NCBI GenBank assembly: GCA_004764695.1
Contig: SMSO01000031.1
Span: 3,758,436-3,822,435, forward strand
From: Schizochytrium sp. TIO01
Lineage: Eukaryota > Protista > Bigyra: Labyrinthulomycetes
Direction of reading: 5' to 3'
DNA: 64,000 nt
Every line of letters begins with the position of its first letter. Within the stretch, counting starts at the first letter, position 1. The translations under genes and the position numbers were made by a program. Below, one piece after another: positions 1 through 11,192 of the stretch. Under the pieces are notes generated by a model, which saw only the letters and a program-made list of their open reading frames with translations, did no database searches and was not told the DNA's origin.

Positions 1-734
1 AGGAGCTTGACCCAGAAAATTAAGAATTGAAAGAATTGCGTTTTGGTCTTCTTTATGTGCCAGTTTTCAAACACAGTCTAACCCCCTACCGCATAAATCT
101 CACGCGGAAATGATACAAAACAGAGAGCTTTGCCTGCCCATTGACAAAATAGACAAAGAGCAATATCCCATATCGACCCTACAGAAGCAAAATAAAGGAG
201 AGAAAAGGGTCCCAACAAAACAGCCAAAAGTGCAACATGGAAAGCACGATCCCAAGCGTTTTCCTTTGGACTAATAACCTTTTCCGCTGGTTGATCTTGA
301 AGCTGATGTTGCTGAGCTCCGCTCATAAATAGTTCAATGGCTGCATGCGAAATCATCACTAATTCGTAAGAGCCAAACAGAAGATTTAACGTGATTTCAC
401 CAACACGCTTGCTACCAATAGCTCCAAAAACTGATGAGACTGCAACCATTATGAGCCACATAACAGTTTGAACAAATGCTGACTTGGCACATGACGCTAC
501 TACAAACTTGACGGTCTCCTTAGATGGTACTCTAGCTGTCGAAAACAAAGGGCTGTCAACACGATTGGAGAAATTCCAGGCATGGGTGTCGCTTTTGGTT
601 GACTTGATGGATCCGCAGAAGAAGTTTTTGCAGCAGCACTTGCTGCTGCAGTCTTTCGCTGCTGCATCAAAGGTGCAGCAACCAGATGCTTCTAGGTTTG
701 CCCCTCCACCCAAACAGTGACAAATTGAGTTCAC
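1..734 (-). pseudogene. Possible fragment or pseudogene of a multi-pass membrane protein running off the window start
   Basis: The 218-aa ORF (78..734) has no ATG start and several hydrophobic segments. The same frame stays open past the TAG at 78-80 (TVFENWHIKKTKTQFFQFLIFWVKL) to the window edge. No family recognised. Confidence 0.3.
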
Positions 735-1336
735 ACCTGCAGTACCTCCTTCCTAGTGACTAGTTTCCAAAGCGGCTAGGACCTGGAGCTAGTTGACTTT
801 TGCCAAGGCTTGGTTTGACACATCGCTTGTCCAAGGCTTCTGTTCCTAAATTTTTGCTCCTATTTTCAACGAGGTATATAATATATACATGTCTAATACC
901 AGGTAGCTAGCTACTAATGCTACCTACCTACCCTTGCAGAATCGTCTGCAAAAAACAAAACTAAAACAAAAATGCTATACCCTGAAGATCAAATCTTGAT
1001 GCTCTCGCTTTACAAGTTGGTATTCTTCTACCTACGTAGATTACACAATTGTAGCCTTTATTCATTAACAAAGGCTGCTACACTACTGCACATCTTAGCG
1101 TAACCTATAGTAGTACTTCTCCCTCACTAACCAGCCATAAATCGCGTTTGATTTGTTTTATGTGACAAATACATTAAATTGTAAAATAAGCACATTTGGA
1201 TCATCTGTGCACTAGCAGAACCTTTGCAACAGCAAAACGCGAAGTCTCGCCGTGCTCAACAACAAACAAGTCTCTGATTTTTTATGGCATAGGATTAAAT
1301 AACATTGCACCTGGGTAAAAGAACTCGTGCAAGAAA

Positions 1337-2296
1337 ATGTTGGGTCGAGCGAGTGCAGCGGCACGGGGTACGGCCATGGCCAATGCCCTGCGGCTCCTAG
1401 AGGCCCGCTTTGGCGATTTTGATTCTCTGCGCCATCCAGGCGCTCACGTGCTTACAAGAGACCGTGAACTTGTTCGTGAAGATATCGAAGAGCTTGTCGC
1501 CCACCGTGCGCTAGCGGTGCACGTACGTGGATTTTATCCTGCAGATCTTTCTGAAAAGCTCGCTGACAAAATGCTTGCGGACGTGGACGTTCGCAACTGG
1601 AATGTGGCCAGTGGTGGTCGCGAGGCTGAAGCATCGGATGTAGATGCCGTTGGAACTCCGCACAATGTAGCGTTTGCTAAGGGTGAGTTGGATTCTTACT
1701 TTGACTCTTCAATTTTGGAAATGCGTAAGTGGCGGCATTTGACCGACGAAAGACAGGACTTGGTGATGGGGCCCATGGATAAATTTCGCCTGGAGCTAGA
1801 TGAAGTTTGGCGACACGGCTGTTCTCTCTCGCGTGATAAAAAACATAACGATCGACCGTTCTTACCAGGCGTACCGCGAATTATGCGCCCTTCAACTCGA
1901 TACGATCCTTCGCGTTGGACACGCGGATTTGCTCATGTGGATGAGTTAGCCATTATGCGCCCCGACCGTGGTCTTTTTAGTGCTAATATTTACCTTCGAA
2001 ATGCTCCTTCTGGCGGAGAGCTTCAAATTTGGCCAATAACATTTTCTAACCGCTGGGATTTTTATCGTAATGCACCAACCCTGTCGCTGTGCTTGCTCCA
2101 GAGTCCTGAAGCCCAGGCTCTTTTGCGTGAGAGGTTACCCGAGCCAATTACTGTGAGAGTCAAACCAGGAGATCTCGTTCTTATCTGTACACAGCGCCCT
2201 CATGCAGTTCGTGGTCCCGTGGTTGGCGGTACTCGTGTCAGTATTCAGGGATTTATTCAACACGAACAGGGCCAACCTCTGCGCCTCGAAGCTTAG
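1337..2296 (+). CDS. 2-oxoglutarate/Fe(II)-dependent oxygenase (proline-hydroxylase-like), possible mitochondrial presequence
   Basis: HxD...H facial triad (FAHVDEL ... RPHAV), SANIYL..P.GGEL strand, VKPGDLVL and terminal RVS. Ala/Arg-rich, acid-poor N-terminus. Confidence 0.8.
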   Translation: MLGRASAAARGTAMANALRLLEARFGDFDSLRHPGAHVLTRDRELVREDIEELVAHRALAVHVRGFYPADLSEKLADKMLADVDVRNWNVASGGREAEASDVDAVGTPHNVAFAKGELDSYFDSSILEMRKWRHLTDERQDLVMGPMDKFRLELDEVWRHGCSLSRDKKHNDRPFLPGVPRIMRPSTRYDPSRWTRGFAHVDELAIMRPDRGLFSANIYLRNAPSGGELQIWPITFSNRWDFYRNAPTLSLCLLQSPEAQALLRERLPEPITVRVKPGDLVLICTQRPHAVRGPVVGGTRVSIQGFIQHEQGQPLRLEA

Positions 2297-3131
2297 ACTG
2301 CTTTATGGGCCTTACCGCAAGATTGGTCAAGTGATTTGTGAAGAGCCTTGATCCAACTCACCACGTGCTAATATATATACTCCAATATCCTAGTTAGAAA
2401 TTAGTTCAGAAATGCATGTCCTTCTTTTTCCAGTTTCGCTTCTTCTGTTTTCTCATTACAAAACCACCTCGTACATCATTTGAGTATTCGCATGATACCC
2501 AACTCTTCCCTGCTACAGCAAATTAAAAAATATAATGCATGCCACCAGTCCTTCATCGTAGGATTTCTGTGCAAAAGCTAAGTTATCTTTGTTCAGTGAG
2601 ATGGAGATTATTTGTACCCGGAGCGAAATGAACAGAGATAAAGTATAACCAAAACAAATTAGATTCTGAAAGGCTCGAACTGAAATTCAAAAGAATCTGA
2701 AATCTTCTAATATTCGTTCAAGCTATGCTTATAACCATTTTAGAAGTAATCCTATGCTTCTTTACGGCCTCTTTCTTTAAATATAAAGAAAACTAGATTA
2801 ACTTCGTGCTCCTGTAAGTGGCATGTTCTCTATTTTATCTAAGCAAACAGAAAGAGAAAGAGAGTGGCGCAGAACGATACAATCGTCGAAAGTATATCAA
2901 TCCTTCTCTATCTTTAGTTGGACGGTTTATGCAGATTTCCGACATGCCTCGTAATTCAAGTAAAAAGACGAAGGAACTATGATGCCAAATTATAATCAAT
3001 AGTATCATTTTTCATGGTGGTGTTTTACTTGCTTGCAAGAATGTAAAGGAGGGTTTCTAGTGTACTCAATACAACCAGTATAGCGTTCTCTTGCAAGTTG
3101 AAAAGTTGAAATCCAATAGAATATATGAAGC

Positions 3132-3875
3132 TTAATTATTTGCCGCACCAAGTCTGCGACCTTGACCCCAACTATGACCCCTAAAGCCAGTGTTGGCAGT
3201 AGTTGTGGCACCTCCGGGTTGTACGTAGGGCTGAGCAGTGGCACGGTGAATCATAGAAATGAATAACTCTGGTGTTTGTACAATAGGCCCACCCTTCATA
3301 CGAGGGAGAACATCAACTAGAAAATAGTACGCGTGACCCACGATGACACCAATTACATCACTCACAGGTGATCCCCCAGTAAGGATTGTAAAAGCCATTA
3401 GTGCCCAAGGAAGGTGCTTGCCTGCGAAACGAAAACCCCAAATGTTTGTCGGATCCTCCGGGTGGAGACGGCTCCACAGATATAAAACTGCAAAGATCAA
3501 GGGAGGTCCCATAAAATACATACCCATAAATGCGCCAATGATCAAGCAGCAAGTGCCCATAATCAGCAGTGCAAAAGCATAGTCAGCAGATCCGCCCACG
3601 CGGGAAGTTTTGTAGGGCTCTAATTCAACGGAGGTGGAGAATCGCACCAAAATGAACATTTGCATCAGAAAACCGAACGAAAACTTTCCGAAAAACAAAA
3701 AGTTAGAGACCAAACGCCAGATTTCAAAGTTTTGATACACTAATGGAGGATAGAAGAGCATCTTGGTTGGGTCCAATGTGCCCATTGCAACGAGTGCAGT
3801 TGAAGCAACAGAAAATCCTAGCCAGGTTTTCGTTAGAGGCGGCATCGCCTCCCACATTTCTTGTGGCGTTGACAT
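3132..3875 (-). CDS. DER1: Derlin (Der1-like ERAD rhomboid pseudoprotease)
   Basis: Motifs PPLTKTWL, FEIWRLVSNFLFFG, YLWSR, HLPWAL, GVIVGHAYYFL and a C-terminal SHP box (FRGHSWGQGRRLG). First ATG is at 3875 (MSTPQEMW). Confidence 0.95.
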   Translation of the reverse strand: MSTPQEMWEAMPPLTKTWLGFSVASTALVAMGTLDPTKMLFYPPLVYQNFEIWRLVSNFLFFGKFSFGFLMQMFILVRFSTSVELEPYKTSRVGGSADYAFALLIMGTCCLIIGAFMGMYFMGPPLIFAVLYLWSRLHPEDPTNIWGFRFAGKHLPWALMAFTILTGGSPVSDVIGVIVGHAYYFLVDVLPRMKGGPIVQTPELFISMIHRATAQPYVQPGGATTTANTGFRGHSWGQGRRLGAANN

Positions 3876-6800
3876 TTTAGGGGATATGTCTTGCTGTAAT
3901 GGCAATCTAGGTGTGAGCCAAGTTCTGCCACCCTCTTTCCTAGGTTACTGCGCTGCTACACAGCTGAGGTTCTGCGACGTCAAAAACAGTAAATTGTAGT
4001 TTGGAGAGTGAGATGTGTCTATGACTGAGCCGCCTCTAAACTTGCTAAGATCGACACACGACAATAAAATCCGCAAGCAACGCGGAGACAATGCGGACTG
4101 ATCTTCAGCTTCGTGGGCAATGAGCGCGGGTCTCGCAAGTTTCGCCCCGAGATTTTCGAGAAGGGATTGATTATTTAGATTGAATTGTTGTAGAAGATCG
4201 TTAGAATTCTTTCTATGGAGCACCGATTAAGCACTTATGCTACTGTTTCTAAGTAGGCTTATTAAAATTCTCTCGCCTTGTGTAATAATAACTTGAAATA
4301 GCCTAGTACAAGCATGGCTAATACCCTTCTAGACATTAATAGTGGTATCCACCTATGCAATAGTAGAGGCCTACAATGAGAGTGGGATCTAAGTTCCACG
4401 GTGGCACGCTTCATCTCTTTAATATCATCACCAGGATTTTCATAATTGATGTCATTTCTATCACCATCGCAATGGTTGTCATATGTGCAATGAATCTATA
4501 TGAGATGGCTTTGCTGGGGCTATTATTCGAAGCTTTACTGAACAAGGCGCCTCATGTTGATACCGGGATTGTAAATTGAGATGCGGAGATGATTGGAGTT
4601 GTTTCGGCAATAACTTGTCGAAGAAATCGCAGCGATTTAGAGCCTTTCCGGTAAGAATTTTGAGGTTCTAATTTGTGTGATCCATCCTAAAGTTGCTCCA
4701 TGAGCGAGTTGGGATCTCTGCGTCGACTCGTTCCAACGTTGGGCATCACAAAAGGACATGAGTACCTTGAACTCGTCCATTTCGCGCGACAGCCATCTCA
4801 TCTATCATTTCCACGCTCACAGCGCTCTGCTCCCTAAATCTTGCACAGATTCCCTAGCTGTGAAGAGAATACGGCCGTTATGGTGGGTGGTGAAGCATGC
4901 CTCGCAGTGCTCTGCCAAGGTGCTACCATAGCCTCCCGGCCACGCAACTCAAGAAAGCGCGCCGCGGTAGTAGCACCTTTGACTCTAGCTAGTCTGAGAC
5001 AATGAGCACAGAGCTGACTGAGCACAGAGCTGACTGGCAAGGCAGATTGGAATGGTAGAGTATCTGAGTCTGAACAGGTACCCAGAAGGCATTGCATTCG
5101 TGGCTCTTGTTCTCGTGTAAGTGTCGAAAGGCAAATGCCTCCAGAGCTGAGGATTCAGGAGATCCCGAATCAGCCTGGAGATGGCAACTGATTTGCAACC
5201 CGGTCTTCACTTGACGTAAGTTAGTTATACAGGCTACCACTGCAATTAATTCGTGGTGTCAATCGCATTCTGTCTAACTCGTGCAGTGAACGCTTCCTGG
5301 TGGGTCACAGAGAGGTCCAAGGTGCTACAATGCCATGAGGGGGTTTTGTCGCATGTGGAGTTCATATTACTTTTATAGGCTGCACCATCAAAGATCGACC
5401 TAGAAGTGATTGATTGATTGATTGATTAATGGTGCATGATGATTGATCGATGGTTCATGAGCTATCCATCTCTTTTCTCACTGAACTCGTTCCTCCGAGT
5501 CAGTCAGTCATCCATCCAGTCTTGGCAATTGGTATCAGAATCGCAAAGACCAACTATCACGATCCCTGCTACGAACTAAAGATATCTTTAAAACTATTGA
5601 TTCTCTTGACCTCTTGGCTTGCATTCGGCAGCTGTTGCATCGCTGCGACTACGCTCTGCTGCCTGGCCAGTTGAATCTCGCCCTGCATTGATTGAAGGGG
5701 AAGGGAAGATCAGATCGATTGCTGTGCCATGTAAATGAATACCTTACTTAGATACACAGATACCTGTAGAGAACTCGCAAAAACAAAGCGATCGTACCGA
5801 AGGATGGATGATGGATATCTATCTGTCGGGAAGACCAAACCAAAGATTATGGGCTCCCTAGCGTGGGTTTCCAAGCTCTGATTGAAAGGCAACCAAGATT
5901 TCTTGCTGCACTAAGTTGTCATTGGTCTGATCTCTTTCTTTTGTTTCCCTATTTAATAAATCAAGCTAAAACAATCGCTCGTTGGTCGTTTCCTGTTATT
6001 CTTCTAATAGTAATAATAAATGGGACTTTGCCAGCAGCATACACGAAACCCAGAAGCAGGCTGTTCGAAGCTGATGCTAGGACAGCTGGTTAAGTAAGTC
6101 ACGAAGGGTTTGTCTGAGACAGGCTCGAAACTCAATCAATTCCGAGGTTAAGGAAATATATTTTTTGCACTGCGAATATCTCAACAAACGAAGACTCAAG
6201 AGGTGGACACAAAGACAGTATCTGACACATAATAACATTATTATTACCGTCTAGTTTTTATTTTTATTTTATTTTTATAATTAATGTTTTGAATAAAAAT
6301 TAAATAAAAACTAAGTATAACATTAGGATTGTACATACAATTTATTCAATTAACTTAAAAGATCTTTAATAATTGTTTTAAAATTTATTAAATATTATTT
6401 TAATTTATATGTATATGTATACAAATAGGCCTGTATGGTTTTTTTTGGTTTTTTGTTTTTTAATGGTAGTAATGAAAATACTAATAAGAGGACTGGTGGA
6501 ACTGGTAGGATAGCAAATTTAAGTAGGTCTGTGAGTGGTAGATACAAACAAATTCAGAGTCAAAGACAGACGAATCCATCGCATGCATCGTTTCCGGAGG
6601 GTAGCTAGCTACCCAGTAGTTTGAGGCCACTAATTAGAAATTATTTATGGGAAGTTCCCCTCCGCATCTAGAAACCAGGTACTCACTCATCTACCTCCGT
6701 AAGAAAGGTCTTCAAACTCTGATCAAGTATTCTTTCCCTGTCTGCTCTTGATACCACTTTGAAAAAAAGAAAAAAGAAAAAAAAAGGGCAATACGTTCTC

Positions 6801-8072
6801 CCCCCTAATTAAAATATGAAGTTTTTCGTTCGACGAATTGAGGTTCTTTTCATTCTTTCTTCGCTCCAGACCTTGGAGAGATGAAACAAACGATAGAACT
6901 GATTAAGCCAAAAGCCATAGTTCGGAAGTTGGCATGGCCAGAAGAAGTAGAAAATGTCAGCCTAAGTTCATGTTTCAAGTTGACAGGCTGATCGATAAGC
7001 ACTGAAGAAAGCAATGAATCTCACGCGGTGGATCTATATTGGTAGTAACTTGCTAAGTAGTAATAAATGCTTATACGTAGGTAGGTACCAGGGCTTTCTA
7101 TTTACTAAGTAGCAGATCGCTCAAAGCACTCGACATCACAGTTCCAATGCCACAGGGTTAAAAAGCTCCAATCAATTATGTTTCAAGTTAAGGTTCTTTG
7201 ACTCTAAGTTTTAGTCATGATGCCTCTTCTACATTGAGCTTGAATTTCAATACATTTACAATCAGCTCCGTACCTCCTGCACCTGTGATGAAAGGAAGGT
7301 GCAGAAGTCCCTGTAAGAGTCGCATACGAGGCACAGTTCCTTGCCTGGTCGCCTCTAGAGGTAGGAGATATTTATGTACGTACCTACTGATTACATTATG
7401 ATTTTCACCCGGGTAAAGGGATCTATTTTTTATATTAAATTTGAAGGAATAGCCTACTTGCATCCTACTACTCAGTGGAAGTGCTTTTTAAACCCAGGTA
7501 GGTAAGAGAGGATTCATTTATTGGAGGACTAGCCTCTTAACTAGCGAGAGTCTACCCAGATACTTACCTAAATTGGCACCGGGTGTAAGCAAGAACGTCT
7601 TTCCAGCCTTTGGCGCTGGCTTCAACTTACCGTGGTTCTTAATTAGAAAAAAAGAGATAACTAGCTAGCTAGCTGCTGCCTATGGTACCTGGAAATAAAG
7701 AGAAGTAGGGAGATGAAAAATAAATAAGAAAGAAACCCAACAATCAATCAAATAAGCAAACAAGCAGAAGCCGAGTCAAGTCAAGTCAAGTCAAGTGGAG
7801 CTTGCAAACTCAGAACAGAGGTCTTTGCCTCGGCCACCTCCCGTTGCAGCATCTTTGTCGCAGGAGGAGCAACTGAGCAAGGACGTGCGATCGGTCGAGC
7901 GAGCGAGCGGGTATCTAGAGGAGTATAGAGGAGTTGAATCAGTGTAACAATTCGGTTGGGTTATCGTCTCCAGTACCGATATACCAGCCGGAAAAGCCAA
8001 AGAGCAGAAACCATACACCGAAAACAACTGTTGCTCGTTTCTTGAAGAAGCGGCAGGACTGTCGAGGGAAAT

Positions 8073-10176
8073 ATGGGTTGTAAACACTCAACCTCAGGCA
8101 AGGCAGCTGCGCTGGCAGCAGAGAAGAAAGTAGGCCAAAGAGGAGCGTATCTTAGCTTTGACGATCGCGTTCACGCTGAGTGGAAAGCTGGCGACAAGAA
8201 CGGAGATGGCGTCCTCTCGTTCAAAGAGGTTAAGCGCATTCTGCACAAGCTGAACGTCAGCATCCCTGCAGATGCTCTTGAGCAGAAGTTTAAGGAGCAT
8301 GATGCGGATGGTAGCGGCTCTCTTGACTTTGAAGAATTTAGAACACTCTTCCATGCCACACAATCGATGCCAGAATTAGAAAATGTGTACAAAGCAGCTT
8401 GTGCAGCAAGTGATGGTATGCGTGCTGACGAGCTTCTTCGGTATCTGACATCGTCTTCAATGGGCAAACTTACATTTACTTTGGGTGAGTGTGCCGAGCT
8501 CATCCTGAAACATGAGGGTGCCGCTGACAGCGAAATTAAGTCGTTTCGCAAGAAGGGCAAGTTTGATGAAGAATCCTTACTGGAAGGCCCTATCCTCTCT
8601 TATGAAGGGTTTCAGCGTCTTCTTACGGATGTATCCTTCAACTCTTTAATGGAGCCTTCCAAGTACTTTTCTGTGTACCAAGACATGGATCAGCCACTCA
8701 GCCATTACTATATCTCCTCCTCGCACAACACATATCTCACAGGCAACCAACTTAACAGCGAGAGCTCAGGCACCTCTCTGGCAAGGGCTCTCAAGCTCGG
8801 TGTTCGTGTTGTCGAACTTGATGCGTGGGACGGAAGCGACGGTCAGCCCATCGTGAACCATGGTCACACCATGTGTAAGCCGGTGCCCATGAAAGAGTGC
8901 TTCGATGCTATCAATGAAAACGCTTTCGTATCATCGCACTACCCCGTCATCATCACAATAGAGAACCACTGTAGCATGGCACAGCAAGCTGTGCAGGTTG
9001 AAATGCTCAAATCAACCTTTGGATCTAAACTTTTTCATTGGGATGGCTTTGATGATGGCTCCGGAAAACCTGATTGGACTCGGGGCCCGGCAAAGTGGGC
9101 CTCTCCTGAGCAGCTCAAGGGTAAAATTGTTGTTCGTGACAAGCCCATTAAAAAGAAGCAAGGAGAAAGGGGCGGTCCCAATGACGAGGTCGTCATGGCC
9201 GGTGGAATGGATGACCAAGATATTGGAGAGGCCCCTGACAACACAGCAAAAGAACCCGTCTCAGGGGTGGTTTCTCTAAATGAACTTGAGGTAGACGACG
9301 ACGATGAAGACGAAGACGATGTCGAAAGTGCGAAGGCTCTTGGTGTGGACGATCAGTTGCTCAAGGTGATGTACATCAAGAATGTTAAACTTCGATTTAA
9401 TCAGGATAAAGTTGCGCAGCATATCGAATACAAAGAACCGGAATACGCATCTTCATCTTCTATTGTTGAGGCAAAGATGATCAAATTGACCAAGGCCGGG
9501 TACCCAATGCGGGACATTTGTGAGTACGCCCAGCGTCACCTCGTGCGTGTATACCCGGCTGGTTCGCGAGTCGACTCTTCTAACTATGATCCTGTCCCTG
9601 CTTGGAACGCTGGTTGTCAAATTGTAGCTCTCAATTATCAAACGGGGTCAATGCCAGTATGGCTGAACCAAGGCAAATTTAGCGACAACGGAGGCTGCGG
9701 TTATATTCTTAAACCATCATTCCAACTGCCCAACTCTCATCAGATCTGGGATGGTTTGTCGAAACAAATCAGTTGTGAGATGACAGTAACATTGATGTCC
9801 GGCCATTACCTTCCCAAACCACTTGGTCAAAGCGACAAAAGCGAAGTGATTGACCCATACGTGACCATAACCCTGCATGGTCTGGAAAGCGACCAAAAGA
9901 GAGTCGTTTCGAAACATGTAGACGACAACGGCTTCAACCCGGTCTGGAACGAGAAATTCACATTTAAGATGCATCAGCCTGAGGTGGCGCTCCTTAGCTT
10001 CGTTGTGAATGACCGTGACAAATATGGAAAAGACGATTTCATTGGTCAACGAGTGATTCCTGTTTCGGCAATTGTTCCAGGTCACCGAATGGTTCCAACT
10101 TTTCCACAAGACGAATGCACCGCAAGACTCCTTTCTTTTTGTTCATATCACATTTGATCCGTCTCCACCCCAATGA
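8073..10176 (+). CDS. PLC: Phosphoinositide phospholipase C (EF-hand, X, Y, C2); +1 frameshift near 10098
   Basis: EF hands DKNGDGVLSFKE and DADGSGSLDFEE; X box SHYYISSSHNTYLTGNQL and VELDAWDG; Y box RVYPAGSRVDSSNY and QIVALNYQT; C2 DPYV...NGFNPVWNE. Removing one A at 10097-10098 gives the canonical end GHRMVPLFHKTNAPQDSFLFVHITF, with stop at 10174-10176. The ORF as given ends at 10157. Confidence 0.95.
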
Positions 10177-11192
10177 ACGATTGAGAAACGTATGCGCTAT
10201 ACTTGACTTACTTACCCGTCTAAGAGTGTTTCCTTCAAATGCTCTTCTGTGATCCATGCCTTTACCAAACCACAAGCTGCATCAAAAGCACATGTGACAT
10301 GGAGTAAACTCACCTACTTTCTGTTTTGCTCAGATAACTCTTCTCGTTCAAGTTTTTTTGTTTTCTGTTTATTGTTATCTACGATATTCTTGGTTGTCCA
10401 GCTATCCATGTAGAGCAGAGATTATGTTTTCAATCGCTTTATACTTGTGGCACAACCTTACCGTTGCAAATGCTACCGCGCGTTCAAATAGCACTTCGTA
10501 TTGACATTTTGCAAAGCCATGCAAGCAATCTTGTGCAGTTTGTTTTGAGATTATGAACCCTTTCCTGGGCTCGAGAGAGAACTCACACTGACCCTAAGAA
10601 TTCGATCAAGATTCCAATCTCGTTTTATATCGAAAACCTGTAGAACAATCTTCTAAATGTTGTATGAGGGCGCTTGACCACAACAAAACTTAGGAAACCT
10701 TGGATGAAAAACAAACTTCTGATAACTATCGCATCAAACAGCTTCGCTTATTTTGATTCGATTTTTTTTTACAAAAACGAGAATAGAGTTGACCGATCTT
10801 CACAACAAGACTTTCCATATATTCTTTGTGTTGGTTTTGAAATAATATGTGAATTTACCCAGCGCAACCTGATACATATATCTTAATTCTTAAATCGTTT
10901 TTTGTTGAATACCAAATATTTAGACGATCTTTGCCAGCTGCCTGAAGAACAAAATACTTGAAAATTCCACTTAGCGGTCGAAGATGAGAAGCAAGGGTGT
11001 CCATCTCTCAAATAAAAAATCAAGGCATCGCCAGAGCATTCACAAAGCAATGAACAAGGCAACTGTGAGTTTAGTTGACGAACCTGAGATTTTTGATTGT
11101 TTTTTATGCATTTTTTTTCAAGAAACGAACATGAATAATAGGTTTCTGCTGTGTTATTAAACGATCCTCCGAAAACTTTGCAATTACAGAGA

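Noticed and set aside
4376-6100. Short ORFs in the derlin-PLC spacer as a possible TE remnant
   Set aside because: No transposase or RT motifs, terminal repeats or target-site duplications could be identified.
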